Assembly: GCF_022539665.2 (NCBI RefSeq)
Contig: NC_081332.1
Location: 1,674,001 to 1,738,000 of the forward strand
Direction: 5' to 3'
DNA length: 64,000 nucleotides
Source: Daphnia carinata
Lineage: Eukaryota
The position numbers were made by a program, and so were the translations under genes. Positions within the stretch are counted from its first letter, which is position 1. Each line of letters begins with the position of its first letter. Of the stretch, positions 48,170 to 61,399 are shown one piece after another. Under the pieces are notes generated by a model, which saw nothing but the letters and a program-made list of their open reading frames with translations, had not been told where the DNA came from and searched no databases.

Positions 48170-50473
48170 ATGGCTGCCAAGAATCCTGCTGTTGGTATTG
48201 ATTTGGGCACAACTTACTCGTGTGTTGGGGTATTTCAACATGGCAAAGTGGAGATTATTGCAAATGATCAAGGAAACCGTACCACACCATCTTATGTAGC
48301 ATTTTCAGACACGGAACGTCTGATTGGTGATGCTGCAAAAAATCAAGTAGCTATGAATCCTAATAACACAGTCTTCGACGCAAAACGCCTGATTGGACGC
48401 AGATTTGAGGACACTGTTGTACAAGCTGATATGAAACATTGGCCATTTGAAGTTATTAGTGATGGTGGAAAACCAAAGATTCAAGTGGAATATAAAAACG
48501 AGACAAAAACCTTCTTCCCTGAAGAGATTTCTTCCATGGTGTTGCTCAAGATGAAGGAGACTGCTGAAGCCTACTTGGGCAAAACTGTTAGCAATGCTGT
48601 TGTTACTGTCCCTGCCTACTTCAATGACTCGCAGCGTCAGGCCACCAAAGATGCTGGAACTATTGCTGGTCTCAATGTTCTTCGTATCATCAATGAACCT
48701 ACTGCTGCTGCTATTGCTTATGGTTTAGACAAGAAAGTATTTAATTTCCCATGTTTTCCCAATACTAGTGACTTCAGCTAACTCTTGCACTTTAAGGTAG
48801 GTGGGGAACGCAACGTGCTAATCTTTGACCTTGGAGGTGGAACTTTTGATGTCTCCATCTTAGCTATTAGAGATGGCATATTTGAAGTTAAATCAACTGC
48901 TGGAGATACACACTTGGGAGGGGAAGATTTTGACAACCGTATGGTGAATTACTTTGTTGAAGATTTCAAACGTAAATACAGGAAGGACATCGGTACCAAC
49001 AAGCGTGCTCTACGCCGCCTCCGTACTGCTTGCGAACGTGCCAAGCGTACCTTGTCATCATCTGCCCAAGCTAGCATTGAAATCGATTCGCTTTTCGAGG
49101 GTATTGATTTTTACACAAGGTGAAAAAATTTTGTTTGTGCTGTTTGGCGTTGGGTTTGGTCTTATTATTTATGGCTATTTATTGCAGCATCACGAGGGCG
49201 CGTTTCGAAGAGTTGAATGCTGACTTATTCCGTTCCACCATGGAGCCTGTTGAAAAGGCCATCCGCGACGCAAAAATGGACAAGGCCCAAATTCAGGATA
49301 TAGTTCTTGTTGGCGGCTCCACTCGTATTCCGAAAGTCCAGAAGCTGTTGCAAGATTTCTTCAATGGGAAAGAACTAAACAAATCAATTAATCCCGATGA
49401 GGCCGTTGCATATGGTGCTGCTGTTCAGGCAGCAATTTTACAGGTAAGGGTTTACCAGAATTTATTATTTCTGATTGATAAATTTTATTTTTAAAAGGGA
49501 GATAAATCTGAGGCTGTTCAAGATCTTCTCTTACTCGATGTTGCACCTCTTTCGTTGGGTATTGAGACCGCCGGAGGTGTTATGACTGCTTTGATCAAGC
49601 GAAATACCACCATCCCTACTAAGCAAACCCAGACGTTCACCACCTACTCTGACAACCAGCCAGGTGTTTTGATTCAAGTTTATGAAGGAGAACGTGCCAT
49701 GGTAACTTGCATGCCGGTCTACAAATTGTTACCAATGCTTACTAATAAACTAAACTGGGATTCTAGACAAAGGATAATAACCTTTTGGGCAAATTCGAAC
49801 TCACTGCAATTCCTCCAGCTCCGCGTGGCGTTCCCCAAATTGAGGTCACATTCGACATTGATGCGTAAGAACCGTAGTAAATCTAGTAGCTTTTCAACAT
49901 CTAATGTATGTTTGTTTCTAGAAATGGTATTTTGAACGTATCTGCTGCTGATAAGTCTACTGGTCGCGAAAATAAAATTACCATCACGAACGACAAGGGG
50001 CGTTTGTCGAAAGAAGAAATTGAGAGAATGGTATTAAGCATTCTTAAGTTGAAATAATATTGGTCTTAATGATTATCGTCGCACAGGTATCCGATGCTGA
50101 GCGCTTCCGATCTGAAGACGAAAAGCAGCGTGAGTGTGTATCTGCCAAGAACTCTCTGGAGTCTTACTGCTTTAACATGAAGTCTACTGTTGAGGATGAA
50201 AAGTTCAAGGACAAACTATCTGATGCTGATAAAACAACCATCATGGACAAATGCAACGAGATCATTAAATGGTTGGACGCAAACCAGCTGGCTGATAAAG
50301 AAGAGTTTGAGCATAAGCAGAAGGAAATTGAAAGAGTGTGCAACCCCATCGTCACCAAGTTGTACCAAGGAGCTGGTGGTGCTCCTCCTGGATTCGCCGA
50401 TGGTGCTGGAGCCGCTCCTGGTGCTCCAGGCGCTGGTTCGGGATCTGGACCAACTATCGAGGAAGTTGACTAA
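48170..50473 (+). CDS. hsc70: Cytosolic heat shock (cognate) protein 70, intron-containing
   Basis: [23 protein letters not shown] and [15 protein letters not shown] signatures; ends GPTIEEVD; short GT-AG introns. Confidence 0.95.
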
Positions 50474-51246
50474 GTCCTAAGCTTTTCCATGAATACTCGC
50501 TTCTTTTTCAATCGTAAGAGTTTCATTTTTAAGCTATTCACTTAACAAAATACACTAGATTGAGTGCCCCAGTAATTTTTCAAGTATTTTTATTAATTGG
50601 TTAGCAGCAGAATTATTCGTCTACCTTAATCGATAAATTCAAAGCTAATAAGTTACGTGATATAAATATGCAATCATTTCAGTACGTGAGAAGTTCTTAC
50701 GCGGTTGTTTAACAGCTGAAAGTTTCTCGGTTCACCAGATGGTACACTGTCCTGTCGAAATGCATCAGTTTGCTTAGAGTTCAATTTCTCCGTAAGTTCA
50801 TGAGTCATCTTGAGCTTCGTCTGAACAGGTAAACATTGACATGCGACAACAAGTGTTTGTAACGACGTCGGTTGTGTTCATTACGTTCCATAATTTTGAA
50901 AGATGTTGATGGACTGCCTTTGGTTGTGTTGAAGTTTTAGGATACTGAAGTACGACACGTTTTTCCTCAAAAAAATTTCTGTTCTTATGGTTGCTGAAAA
51001 TGCTGGATCTTTAAGGTAATTACCTTAAATCCGTTTAAACGGATCAAACTGTATGCAGGTATCTAAGGTGAGAAGTCGAACCCTTTGTGATAGCATTTTT
51101 CTGTTTTGCAATGATTTACCCTGCTGCACTTTGACATCTAATTTAGGTTATTTAAAAATTTATGTTACCTTTCGTGATTCACACTATATAGTTTATTTTA
51201 GTGCTGGTCTGGACTTTAAGTTTTCACAATCACTATTTGACGAGGA

Positions 51247-54004
51247 ATGCATTTCAGCCTTCCATTAAAAAATAGTTGTAGGCCTATGCCAGCAATTCAT
51301 GTAATGGGTGTTGGTAATGTTGAATTCCCTATCACGTCAGAGGTAGCTAAAAACTTCATTTGTAAATCCTTCCTATCTCACTCCATAAATTAACAATAGA
51401 ATACTGGAAAGCTACTGGCTGTGGCAGAACCAACTCCTTTTGCCGCTACTTCATGTAGGAAAGGAAAGAATACCAGCATAAATTCTTCTTGGCAAATTGA
51501 ACGGGCATGCATATCTTTCCCAGAGACCTCAAGATTTCTTGTACAAAACCTTCCCAAATGGATTAAGCTGGTTCTCATTGAACATGAGATTGATGTGCAA
51601 TGGGTAGAGGCTAATTGTTCCCTAACTCGATTGGTTATGTACCATTCGGATAGTCATTACATCCGTCATCGCTATATTAAACAGGAAATAGGTAAAGCAA
51701 CTTTTCTTCACTTAAGTATTGATTTTAGTTAAATTTTATCAATTTAAAGGGCATTTTGGTACCATCATGGTGCAACTTCCAGTGGAAAAGAAGTACCTGG
51801 ACGCTGAAATGAAAATATCGCAAGCGAATGAAACCAATCCTAATCTAACTATCACGAAAGATCTTTCCTTATGCAACGATCCATCTTTCTGTGTAAAATT
51901 TTTTAGCGCCAACTGTGAAAGTGTGATCGAGCCAAAAAGCACAGGTTGGAACATCGAGTTAGCTTATAACCTGATGTGGAAGCCTGAAAAAGCCACGTTA
52001 GCCTTCCCGAATTTACTTTCTTTTCTCGTCACACTGGTAATTCGTCTCATTTGTTGAATTCCTTCTCAATTCTTGAATCAAAACTAATTTCAGACTAAAA
52101 TGACATTGGAATTACGCTCATGGCAAGAGAACGTTTCTGAAAATTGCCGACCAAAGATCATGATTATTGGATTGGATAGGAAGTACAAGCCTTCTCGTCA
52201 TTCATTTTCTACGCTGATGGGTAGTGATCGCCAAGTGGCCTTTCTTATGTGCTCAGTTCCTTTTATGGATGTCTACTTGGCTCGACTAACACGAAGAATA
52301 ACAAGGATCGCATTTCGCGGCTATCAAGATGCTAAAGCCGATGATGTGATCCAGCAAAGTTCGACAACTAAAAGAAATTTAGATGGAAACGTCGTCGAAA
52401 TGAAAGAAATGCAGTACGTCACGCACTTCGCCAGTCATTGGGTTGGCGTTGACGATTGCGTCACCGAATTTTACAACTTGGATATCGACAAAGAAGCGCA
52501 AATGGTGAAACCTCTTTTTGAAAATAGAACACCAGACAAAGTACAACGCAAAAATAACAAGTCGAAAGAGACAATCCTTATCCATGACTTCTATCAGACT
52601 GTCCTCATTTTATGGCCAAGACAAGGATCTCTTTACATGAACATTCACCATCGTCCCGATTACGTATTGAATCAATTAGAGCGTGGAACAACACACAACC
52701 CACTGAAAACCCTACGCGCAATAATAGCTCATTCAGAGTTTATGGAGACAAGGATCTTTAGACTTCTCAGCCTGTGCTTATCTCTGAACGCAAGGAAGGA
52801 GGCTCTTCAACTGCTCGAGGTAATGGCCAGCAAATCCATTGGTGTGCTTTCTGATTATGCTGCTGTTTTGATAAGCGATGTCGCGTGCAAATTAATCGGA
52901 TGGATTGATTGCGAAAACGTCATCAATAAGCTTTTGGCATGCAACACTTACAAGCACTTGAGCCATTTCTTGACAATCGGACGAGCCTTACTGTGCCATA
53001 ATTGCACCATTGGATTCTCAAGCGTATCGAATCAGATTTGGAATTTTTTAATGGAACGTATCCATTCAAGTGATATATCCAATAGTCCTAACGCTCTAAG
53101 CCTCTGTATAGAAATGGGCATTTGTATGGAACACTCATCTGTTGCGATTCAGTCAAGATCCGAACAATTTTTCACGTGCTTTATGACGTTACCGCTCCTT
53201 CAGCAATGCCATATCATCATCGACCTCAAAGAAATCTATATGAAGAATGCTGCCGGTAACAAATTTTATCTAAGCCTTTGCAGTTACGTTGCCATTACCG
53301 TTACGTCTTGCAGCGTATCGATCATCGACTGTGTAGTGGACCTTCTTCGCTGTTTTCTTTTGCTTGAACCTCAACCTGTCAATATCGCAGAAATCTTTCT
53401 TGAAAACATATGCCGATCGCAAAGGGATGGCTGTGAAAACAATCAATTGTTGGAGAAGCTCGTTGCCTCACTACACACGTTGAACATGACCAGTCAAATG
53501 GCTATGCATCTTTTAGATTGCAGGATTGTCGAACTGAGTTCGCTTCGTAAGCCAAAATTCAGTTGGAGCATGGAAGAGGCCAAATTTCCCGATGCTGTCA
53601 AGTATCCAACTATTGTGGAATTTTTGCAATCATCAAAGAAGAGCTTGACCCTGGAACTGGACCAATTGAATAAAATCTCGGAAGCAAGGGATTTTATCCG
53701 CGTTTCCTTTGGAGTCATGGACGATTGTGTCAGAAGAGGTTACAGTGCTGTGGCAGTACCTACGAAGAACGGCAGAAATATCTTTTGTGATATTAAAAAA
53801 ACCCGACATTTGTACACGTTCCTGACTGTACAATTTAATGCTAAAATGGATGAGCTGAAAAGACTTAAACAACTGCGTCCCATCGTTTGCTGCTCAAGTC
53901 CAAACGTGCAACAGCCTCCGAATGCCACTCGACAGAGGACGAACGTAGTTGTCGCATCAGGTATGAAATCCAAGAAAGCAAAGATGGAAAAAGATAGAAA
54001 ATGA
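51247..54004 (+). CDS. Uncharacterised protein with a degenerate 2OG-Fe(II) oxygenase-like N-terminal domain (5' end uncertain)
   Basis: Spliced IHVMGVGNVEFPITSE|NTGKLLAVAEPTPF..SWQI..LTRLVMY..HYIRH..|GHFGTIMVQLP..FFSANCESVIEP..GW.IELAYNL, followed by a 634-codon terminal exon. Confidence 0.7.
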
Positions 54005-54569
54005 CCGTGAAAGACTTGCTCATTATAGAAATTGATCTTGAAAGTGCACATGTTAAATTTTATAATCTTTACCAAGAACCAAAATTCGGAAATGTTTGTT
54101 GATTTCGTTAATATACATAACTTTAAACAGGAATTCCACTTTAATGTTTGGTTCAGAATCATGCTGGACAAAAAGACGGTTGTTCGATTCCATTAGTTTC
54201 CCTCTGCTGAACAGTAATTAACAACTGACACCGGAAAGGGAGGGTTACGTTATCATTGGTGCTGAACTCCTCATCCGAACCTCTGATGGACACTTTCATT
54301 ATTGGCGAATCAAAGGCGTAGTTGAACCAAAGTCAATTAAAGGTGGACTATGTAATGGGAGACTTAGCCTTTCTTTTTGGGTGGAGCAAATTAGCGTGAT
54401 TGACGCTTTGAACGACCAATAATTTAGACGACCTTTAATCAATTTCTTTCATTTGTTTCTCTTTGTTTTTAGATACCCGGAGCATCGATTTATTGAAGAA
54501 ACGACCCTATTTAAAAGGCTGCCAGATATTGTAGCACATCGCCATTCTTAAAACCATTGCAAGACAGAC

Positions 54570-56429
54570 ATGATGGCGAAAGCTATTCACCACACAAGTC
54601 TCGCGTTTGTGATACTGGCTCTTCTAGTGTATCCATCATCACCATTACTTGATAGCCAACTGTTTGACTTAATCTTAACGTTGAAAAATCCATCCTGTCC
54701 AAGCTTTGTTATCGTCTTTGACGAACTATCCTGGGGCGAAGAAATCGAAGAATTATCTGAAGAGTTGATGCAATTCAGCCATTCAAATTCCATCATTCTT
54801 TTGTCCAGCCATCCAAACGTTCTTCGAACATGCCGAAGAGGCGATAACAAAAAGATGTTGGGATCTACCATTTGCAACAACGCAGTGGTTTTCAGTCGCC
54901 ATCCTGACGAACTCACTCGAATATTTAATCAGGTAACGAATTGCTTCTACTTAAGCAAAATGTTTGTCATCACTCAAATGACGTCCGACTCGGCTGACGC
55001 CTGGCTGAAAGAGATGAAGAAAGAAATGATTTTCCTTATACTTGGAGAAAGCAATAAAGGTCTAAGACAAATCCGTAATTGGATGATTAACAATCAAATC
55101 CATTACACTAAACTTGTCCGCGATACAGTAATCACCGAACAAGATTTGGGACTTAGCGAAGGAAGGAATTTGATGGGCCGTAACCTGAGAGTGGCAACTC
55201 TCAATTTCCCACCTGTTGTGTTTATCGCTAATCAAACTAACACGAAAAATATCTACGGCATCGAGCCATCTTTAATGGACGTCCTCGCCAGTGATTTGAA
55301 TTTCACTTTTGATTACTTCCCCGTATCTCCTAATGAAATGTGGGGCGCTGTCTCCGGAGAAGGAGAGAACCGTACGGCCACTGGACTCTTAGGAGCGTTG
55401 ATGAAAAAAGAAGCTGACGTGGCATTAGGTAACCTTTACATAGACTACACACGTCTCTCAATCATTGGCTTCAGTTCGTACTACAAAATATCGGAAGAAT
55501 GTTTCTCGGTTCCAGCAACACGTCCTTATCCTAAATGGACAGCTTTGTACCATCCGTTTACGATTGAAGTTTGGCTCGCTACGTTCTTCTCCATCTTCTT
55601 CGTTATCTTGACGTTACGTCTCGTTGCGATGTGGTCGAACGGATCATCGATAGTCGACTCTTATTACAGCGATCCAGTTGTTTGTTTCATGACCGTCATC
55701 GGCCACTTGTTCGGACTCCAACAGACGCGCGAAATTCGATCAATGGCCAACCGACTTTTCCTTGTTTGGTGGCTATTTGGGGCTCTCATTCTCTCGACTG
55801 GCTATCGATCAGGTTTGATTTCATTCATGACGTTCCCTTTTACCCCTCCACCGATTGATACCATCCAGCAATTAGTGGCCAGCCCGCTAAAGAAGATCGT
55901 TTACGACCCTCTGATGAAAGAGATCCTAACCAACTCGAACAATTCGTTACAGAGGCAGCTGGGCCGCCAGATGATTACCAACGATAATTTAACTTACATG
56001 TTCTCGTTGATGAATTCTAACGACTGGGCAGTGGATGCAAATCTCGATAATTTGCGATACGTAGTAGCTACTCAGTACCCAATGACCCGCTCCGGACCTC
56101 AAGTCCATCTGATGAGGGAATGCGTTTTCGCTATGAGGGCAGCCCTTGGGCTCCAGAAAGAGTCTCCACTTAAACCGTATTTCGATAGGGAGATACAGCG
56201 TCTTATCGAAGCAGGTCTTATCGAATACCACCGTTCGAGATTCGCCGCAAAGGCTGTCGTTTGGAACCCTAAAGCATCGAAACAAAAGATAGTCCCGTTT
56301 TCTCTGGATAGCCTACAAGGATCGTTCTACTCGTTGGCACTGTGTGTTGTAGCCTCAGTGCTGGCATTGATTGGAGAAGTGATGCATGCCTGGATCAAAA
56401 CTCGTCTATCGAAGAGAAATACCATGTAA
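54570..56429 (+). CDS. Divergent ionotropic receptor, single exon, 619 aa
   Basis: Signal peptide; GRNLRVAT; GLLGALMKKEADVALG; PFTIEVW (M1); GYRSGLISFMT; LQKESPLKPYFDREIQRLIEAGL; SLDSLQGSFY (M3). Confidence 0.92.
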   Translation: MMAKAIHHTSLAFVILALLVYPSSPLLDSQLFDLILTLKNPSCPSFVIVFDELSWGEEIEELSEELMQFSHSNSIILLSSHPNVLRTCRRGDNKKMLGSTICNNAVVFSRHPDELTRIFNQVTNCFYLSKMFVITQMTSDSADAWLKEMKKEMIFLILGESNKGLRQIRNWMINNQIHYTKLVRDTVITEQDLGLSEGRNLMGRNLRVATLNFPPVVFIANQTNTKNIYGIEPSLMDVLASDLNFTFDYFPVSPNEMWGAVSGEGENRTATGLLGALMKKEADVALGNLYIDYTRLSIIGFSSYYKISEECFSVPATRPYPKWTALYHPFTIEVWLATFFSIFFVILTLRLVAMWSNGSSIVDSYYSDPVVCFMTVIGHLFGLQQTREIRSMANRLFLVWWLFGALILSTGYRSGLISFMTFPFTPPPIDTIQQLVASPLKKIVYDPLMKEILTNSNNSLQRQLGRQMITNDNLTYMFSLMNSNDWAVDANLDNLRYVVATQYPMTRSGPQVHLMRECVFAMRAALGLQKESPLKPYFDREIQRLIEAGLIEYHRSRFAAKAVVWNPKASKQKIVPFSLDSLQGSFYSLALCVVASVLALIGEVMHAWIKTRLSKRNTM

Positions 56430-56659
56430 CTTCTTAACTATGAACAATACACGAATATATAACGAATGAGAGAGTCTTGTCAATGTTACACGTACACATA
56501 AGGTGCCTCATTTGGACTGTATATCCACTAAAAGCAGTTTGATGTCGTTTAATTTAAAAACCTTTGTAGTTAAAGGTATATTAATATTTTATTAGCGTTT
56601 AATTTTGGTTATATTAGGTTGAATCGAATTCCAAGTCCATATTTCAAGCCCAACGAAAA

Positions 56660-56800
56660 AGTCGGGTTTCAAAAATAAGCCCGACAAAATAAGCCCGACT
56701 TTTTTTTTTTTAAAACCTTAAATATTACTATAAAAATACATGATTCCTATTCAAAATTGAACGAGAATGTCGAAAATCAAGTTTGTTTTGTCTTACGATC
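56660..56800. mobile_element. Fragment related to the 34526-35089 MITE
   Basis: aaaataagcccgacaaaataagcccgactttt...aaaacct..atattact matches the reverse complement of ~34820-34910. Confidence 0.6.
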
Positions 56801-57570
56801 AACAGTTTATGAGTTATTCGAATTCAAAGTCGCTTTGGGTTTTGGACTTGATTCTTACTGGCATAGTATAGTGTTACTTTAATAACCTTCAATTTCCAAG
56901 GACAGATTGATGCAAGACGACCTCACATGGGACTAATTTCATTGTTCATTTAATAGTTAACCACTCGACCTAAAGAGCAAAGGCCGCAATACAAGCAATG
57001 GTCACTAAAATTTGTATTGCGCTGTATCTAAAAACGCCACTAATGTACAAAAGCGATAAGCAAACAATGAACCGGGGGCTTGTTTAAATACAACAGTAAA
57101 GAAATATAAGATAAAAAGCTTTAATATTGCCGAGTCACGTCCACCTCCGCCCCCACCATGTCTCAGCTTCCTTAAAGTTGTTGGTGATGAAATTAACGAT
57201 GATCGAATACCAATCTTCTCACGGAAATTCAAGGCCAACAACCCCAACATTAAACAATCGATCGTAAAGTTGTGTAATTCTGGAACAAACAGCAGCTATT
57301 CCTTGTGTAACGGAGCCTTTCCTTAACACAAGTGTTGGTACGTTACACAAGCTCCGAGCATTGGAACACGAGAGATAACGTGTGACCCATACGTTAGCTG
57401 AGTTCAGCTTTCCTCAAGTGTCTCACTTACTTGACCTATACAACACCGCCCTCCAAACAAACAGCCCGACCCTATAAATTGCTGCTTCAGCATACGCTGG
57501 AACAGTTGCAGGCCAACCTGGAAGCAGTCCAGCAACCTTGTCTTCATTAAAAGCGTTGACAGGTTGCAGG

Positions 57571-60500
57571 ATGGATTATTTTAAAGACAAGTATTTATTC
57601 ATCACAACCTTGTTGGCCTTTATGATATCCTGCAACGGCCAAACGATTTTAGGTGTCCAGCATTTTGCCCGACAGCTTATAGAACAAGAATCGTGGTCCC
57701 AAATTGCGAAACACGTAGAGGATCATAGTAGACTTGTTGCAAATGTTCAATTAGAAGAGCTGCATCGTGAATTGAAAACCTCTTTGTTTGCTTCGAATTC
57801 GAATTATAACTACAGTTTGCAGTGCATCGAAGACGTCGTCTTCTACGTTGACAGCCTCTTGCTCAATAGAAGTAAATGGGCCCTTGAAAGTAAGCCTTTC
57901 TTCTCAATTGCGTTTTCATTAAATGGCTTGATTGGCTATTAGTGCGGATGTCTGTTATCATGAATATTAAAACAGTTACATAACAAATCATTATCACAGT
58001 GCTGGAGTCATCGGCTCAGTTTCCAGCTGGGGTCTTCGGTGCTGGCAATTATCATGCCGAAGGATTGTTCGACGAGTGCCTCGCTGTTCGTGGCGGATCA
58101 AACCGATTTCAAGGCCAATATTGCACCGTCTTCTTCAAACCGGAACGGGTATCCGGAATGATAGGCAATCATACGACAACGGAGAACAATCAAACCGACA
58201 GTTCTACTGCTTTAATTATTTTAAATCACTTGTTTGGAACATCGGTGGAGGACGCCGTCCGAGTGGAACCTAAAATTTCATCGGTAGATCCTTCGACATA
58301 CATGCTACCCAGCTTGGGTCTTTGCATTCCATCTTCGTGCAGCGCTTCCGATCTTGCCCATTCTATCGCCCAGCTGATTGGTCGTTACGTCATCGCAAAT
58401 CAATCCATCGTCACAATAGCCGATGAAAAATATTGCTTCACAGCTGAAGAGGATTCATCCACATCGTTTAGCGGTCCCGACATTGCCGTCATGTATGACA
58501 TCTTTAACACTCATCATCCTCTCCTGAAATGCAATTAACATTTGGTTGTTTTCTTTAAAGGGCAACATTGGGTGTGATTGGCCTCTTGATTTTCTTAGCC
58601 ACTGCACATGAAAGTTGGCGCATGTACCGTGGCATTAGCTTCTCCGGATCCGATAATGCAGCCGTCTCTGTTTTGCATTGCTTTTCGGCGTTGAATAACG
58701 GCCGGAAGGTGTTGTCCTTAAAGTCCGCAGGTTCTGATAATCTGTCCTCTTTACATGGAATTCGATTCTTTTCTACCTGTTGGGTTGTTCTGGGACACAC
58801 ATGGTTGAAAGGTATCATGAGCAACGTCATCAATCCCAATATGGTGGTAGAGGTATAACGTTAAAAGGTTTCTATTTTTTTTAGAAATTCGGATCGGAAA
58901 TTCAAATTTTTTTATGCAGGAAGCAATGCGTTGGGAAATGGAGACTATCATTAACGCTACCGTTTCTGTTGATTCATTTTTCTTGATGAGTGGTTTACTT
59001 GTATCGCACCTCCTTCTTCGAGAACTCGATCGTAACGAAGGTAAATTCAATGTTCTGCTGTTCTACGTTCATCGATATCTCAGGTAAAATACCTGTTTAA
59101 ATGGAATTTCAATGGGGATAATAACGTCATTCATATTTAACAGATTGACCCCGGTTTATGCTATTATTTTGGGTTTTATTGCCACGCTGATGGTCTACAT
59201 TGGCACAGGCCCCAATTGGTACAACGTCATCGTAGCATCCGAGGGATGTCGGGTTAGCTGGTGGAGGCAGTTCCTTTACAGTGAGTTCATTCTTGATTTC
59301 AAAAAAGCTCTACACACAACTATAACACGTTTCCCTTTCCAGTTAACAACCTCTTCCCGACCGACATGAACGTTCAGGTAAAACAATGATAGATATCCAG
59401 CTGTATGGAATAATTGATTCGTTTTTTAAACAGTGCATGGGAGAGACTTGGTACATAGCAGTGGACATGCAGCTATTTATCATAGCACCGCTTTTGATTT
59501 ACCCATTATGGCGATGGAAAAATACTGGCCTCATATTATTGGCCATCGTCACATTAGCCACTTTGGCTGCCAATTTCGCAGTCTTTGCAATCTACAGCTT
59601 TCCGCCTACCCTCATGCCAAGTCGAATGTAATTAAAGTAGACTCAAAAATGTTGTTCTTAAATAATTTTTTGTATTAATCAAGGCAAGAGATGATGAGAT
59701 TAGTTCCGACTTACATGGACAATTATTATTTCAAACCGTGGACTCGCGCACCCCCTTACCTGATTGGCATTTGGACGGGATGGTTTTTACATCGCGTTAA
59801 ACAATCCAAACTGCACGTATCTCCGGTAACGTAAGACCTTAAATAATGTCCCATCATCATTGTATAATTTGTTATTTTGGATTTTTAGTGGATAGTTGCG
59901 CTGTTGTGGACGCTATCGGGTGCCGTTGCCGCGTCAATCATTTACGGATTGACTCCGTACGTTAACGAGACGCTAGTGCCAACGATCGATGACGTTGTTA
60001 AATTAACGTACGGACCACTTCACAGAGCTGCCTGGGCTTTGGCTCTTGCCTGGACTATCGTGGCATGTATCCATGGTTACGGAGGTAATGTTTATTCATA
60101 TTAAAGATCTTTACAGATAATGAATTTTGATTGGATCTAAATCAGGATTTATCAATCGATTTCTGTCTTGGAGAGGATTCTTACCTCTGAGTCGATTGAC
60201 CTACTGCGTCTACCTCATCCACTTCGATTACCTCAATGTGTTTTATTCATCGAACCGCAAAATGATTTACTACAGTTTTATCGATCAGTTAACGACCTTC
60301 TTCGGTATCACGGTGACCGTGTTTGCATTGGCGTTGATAGTGTCTGTCTGCGTCGAAGCTCCATTCATCAATTTCGAACGATGGTTGTTTAAATCACACG
60401 TCGATAATGGTAAATAATAAGTCCATAAGATAATGGTAAATTATAAGTTTATGTCATGTTCTTGTTTCTAAGCAGCAGGGACACGAGCAATGAAGGGAAA

Positions 60501-60612
60501 AGAAAGTAGGACAGATCCCGAACTGAATGCTAATAACGGTCATGTCAACTCTACTTTCCACTCTGAAGAAAATCCAGTAGATGCTGAAGTACCTTCTGTA
60601 ATGAAACTGTAA
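57571..60612 (+). CDS. Nose resistant to fluoxetine 6 (NRF-6)-like O-acyltransferase, multi-exon
   Basis: WALEMLESS..GNY...LFDECL..FQGQYC; LCIPSSCS; LHGIRFFSTCWVVLGH; SVDSFFLMSG; TWYIAVDMQL; YFKPWTR; PLSRLTYCVYLIH; VEAPF. Confidence 0.93.
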
Positions 60613-60773
60613 AATGCTAATTTTTCAATTGCCACAAAAAATACAACACCCCATTTCTATTCGATGCCAACTATGGGCACATTCCATTTCAAACGCACCA
60701 AAATAACCTTAAACCAAATGCGAATGAAATGTATTAAGAACATGCGGTACGAGAACCTGTTGCAATCGGTTTT

Positions 60774-61135
60774 CTAACAGAGCCGACCTCCTCCAGCACG
60801 ACGAGCTGGAGGTGATTGATCGAGTTGATACCAAACGTATTGAGTTGCACGACCTCCGCCTGTACTCGGCACCGTACTCGCAGCCGATCCAATATTTCTC
60901 CAAGACGAAGGAAGTTCAATTTTCTGGCCTGAAATGGACCATCTTGATTTGATTGATCCATCGGGAAATTCCGTTTCAACGCACGTCACTTCATAGCCAA
61001 ACTCCCTGGCGTTTCCTAGCGAGTGAATAGAATAAACGAATGAAAATGCGTTATAAAGTGGAAAGACATTTGTACGTTTTTACCTGCGGACAGCAACGTA
61101 AGAACAAACAAACAAACGATGAGCTTAGGATTCAT
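60774..61135 (-). CDS. Small secreted orphan protein, 97 aa, two exons (61135-61084, 61015-60774)
   Basis: TATAAAA at 61196-61190; signal-like MNPKLIVCLFVLTLLSAGNA; phase-1 GT-AG intron joins in frame to REFGYEVTCVETEFPDG...GGGRLC*. Confidence 0.75.
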
Positions 61136-61399
61136 GTTGGAACAGTTTGCGTAGTACGAGTGGATGGAAAAACCTTGGTAGAACGGCGCTTTTATACGAG
61201 TAGGGAAGAAGGACGTTCACGCCTACGTGAGGCAAACCCTTCCGGGAAAAACCTAGACGTGACGTGCATTTCATGGAGCTTTGCTTAAAAAAAACACGTT
61301 TGACCTTGCCTCTTGGTTGATGTGCGCAATAGCCTACAACCACGGCAAAACCAATCGCAGAATCGTAATCAGCGTTAAATTTTGAATATAGGATCTGAT

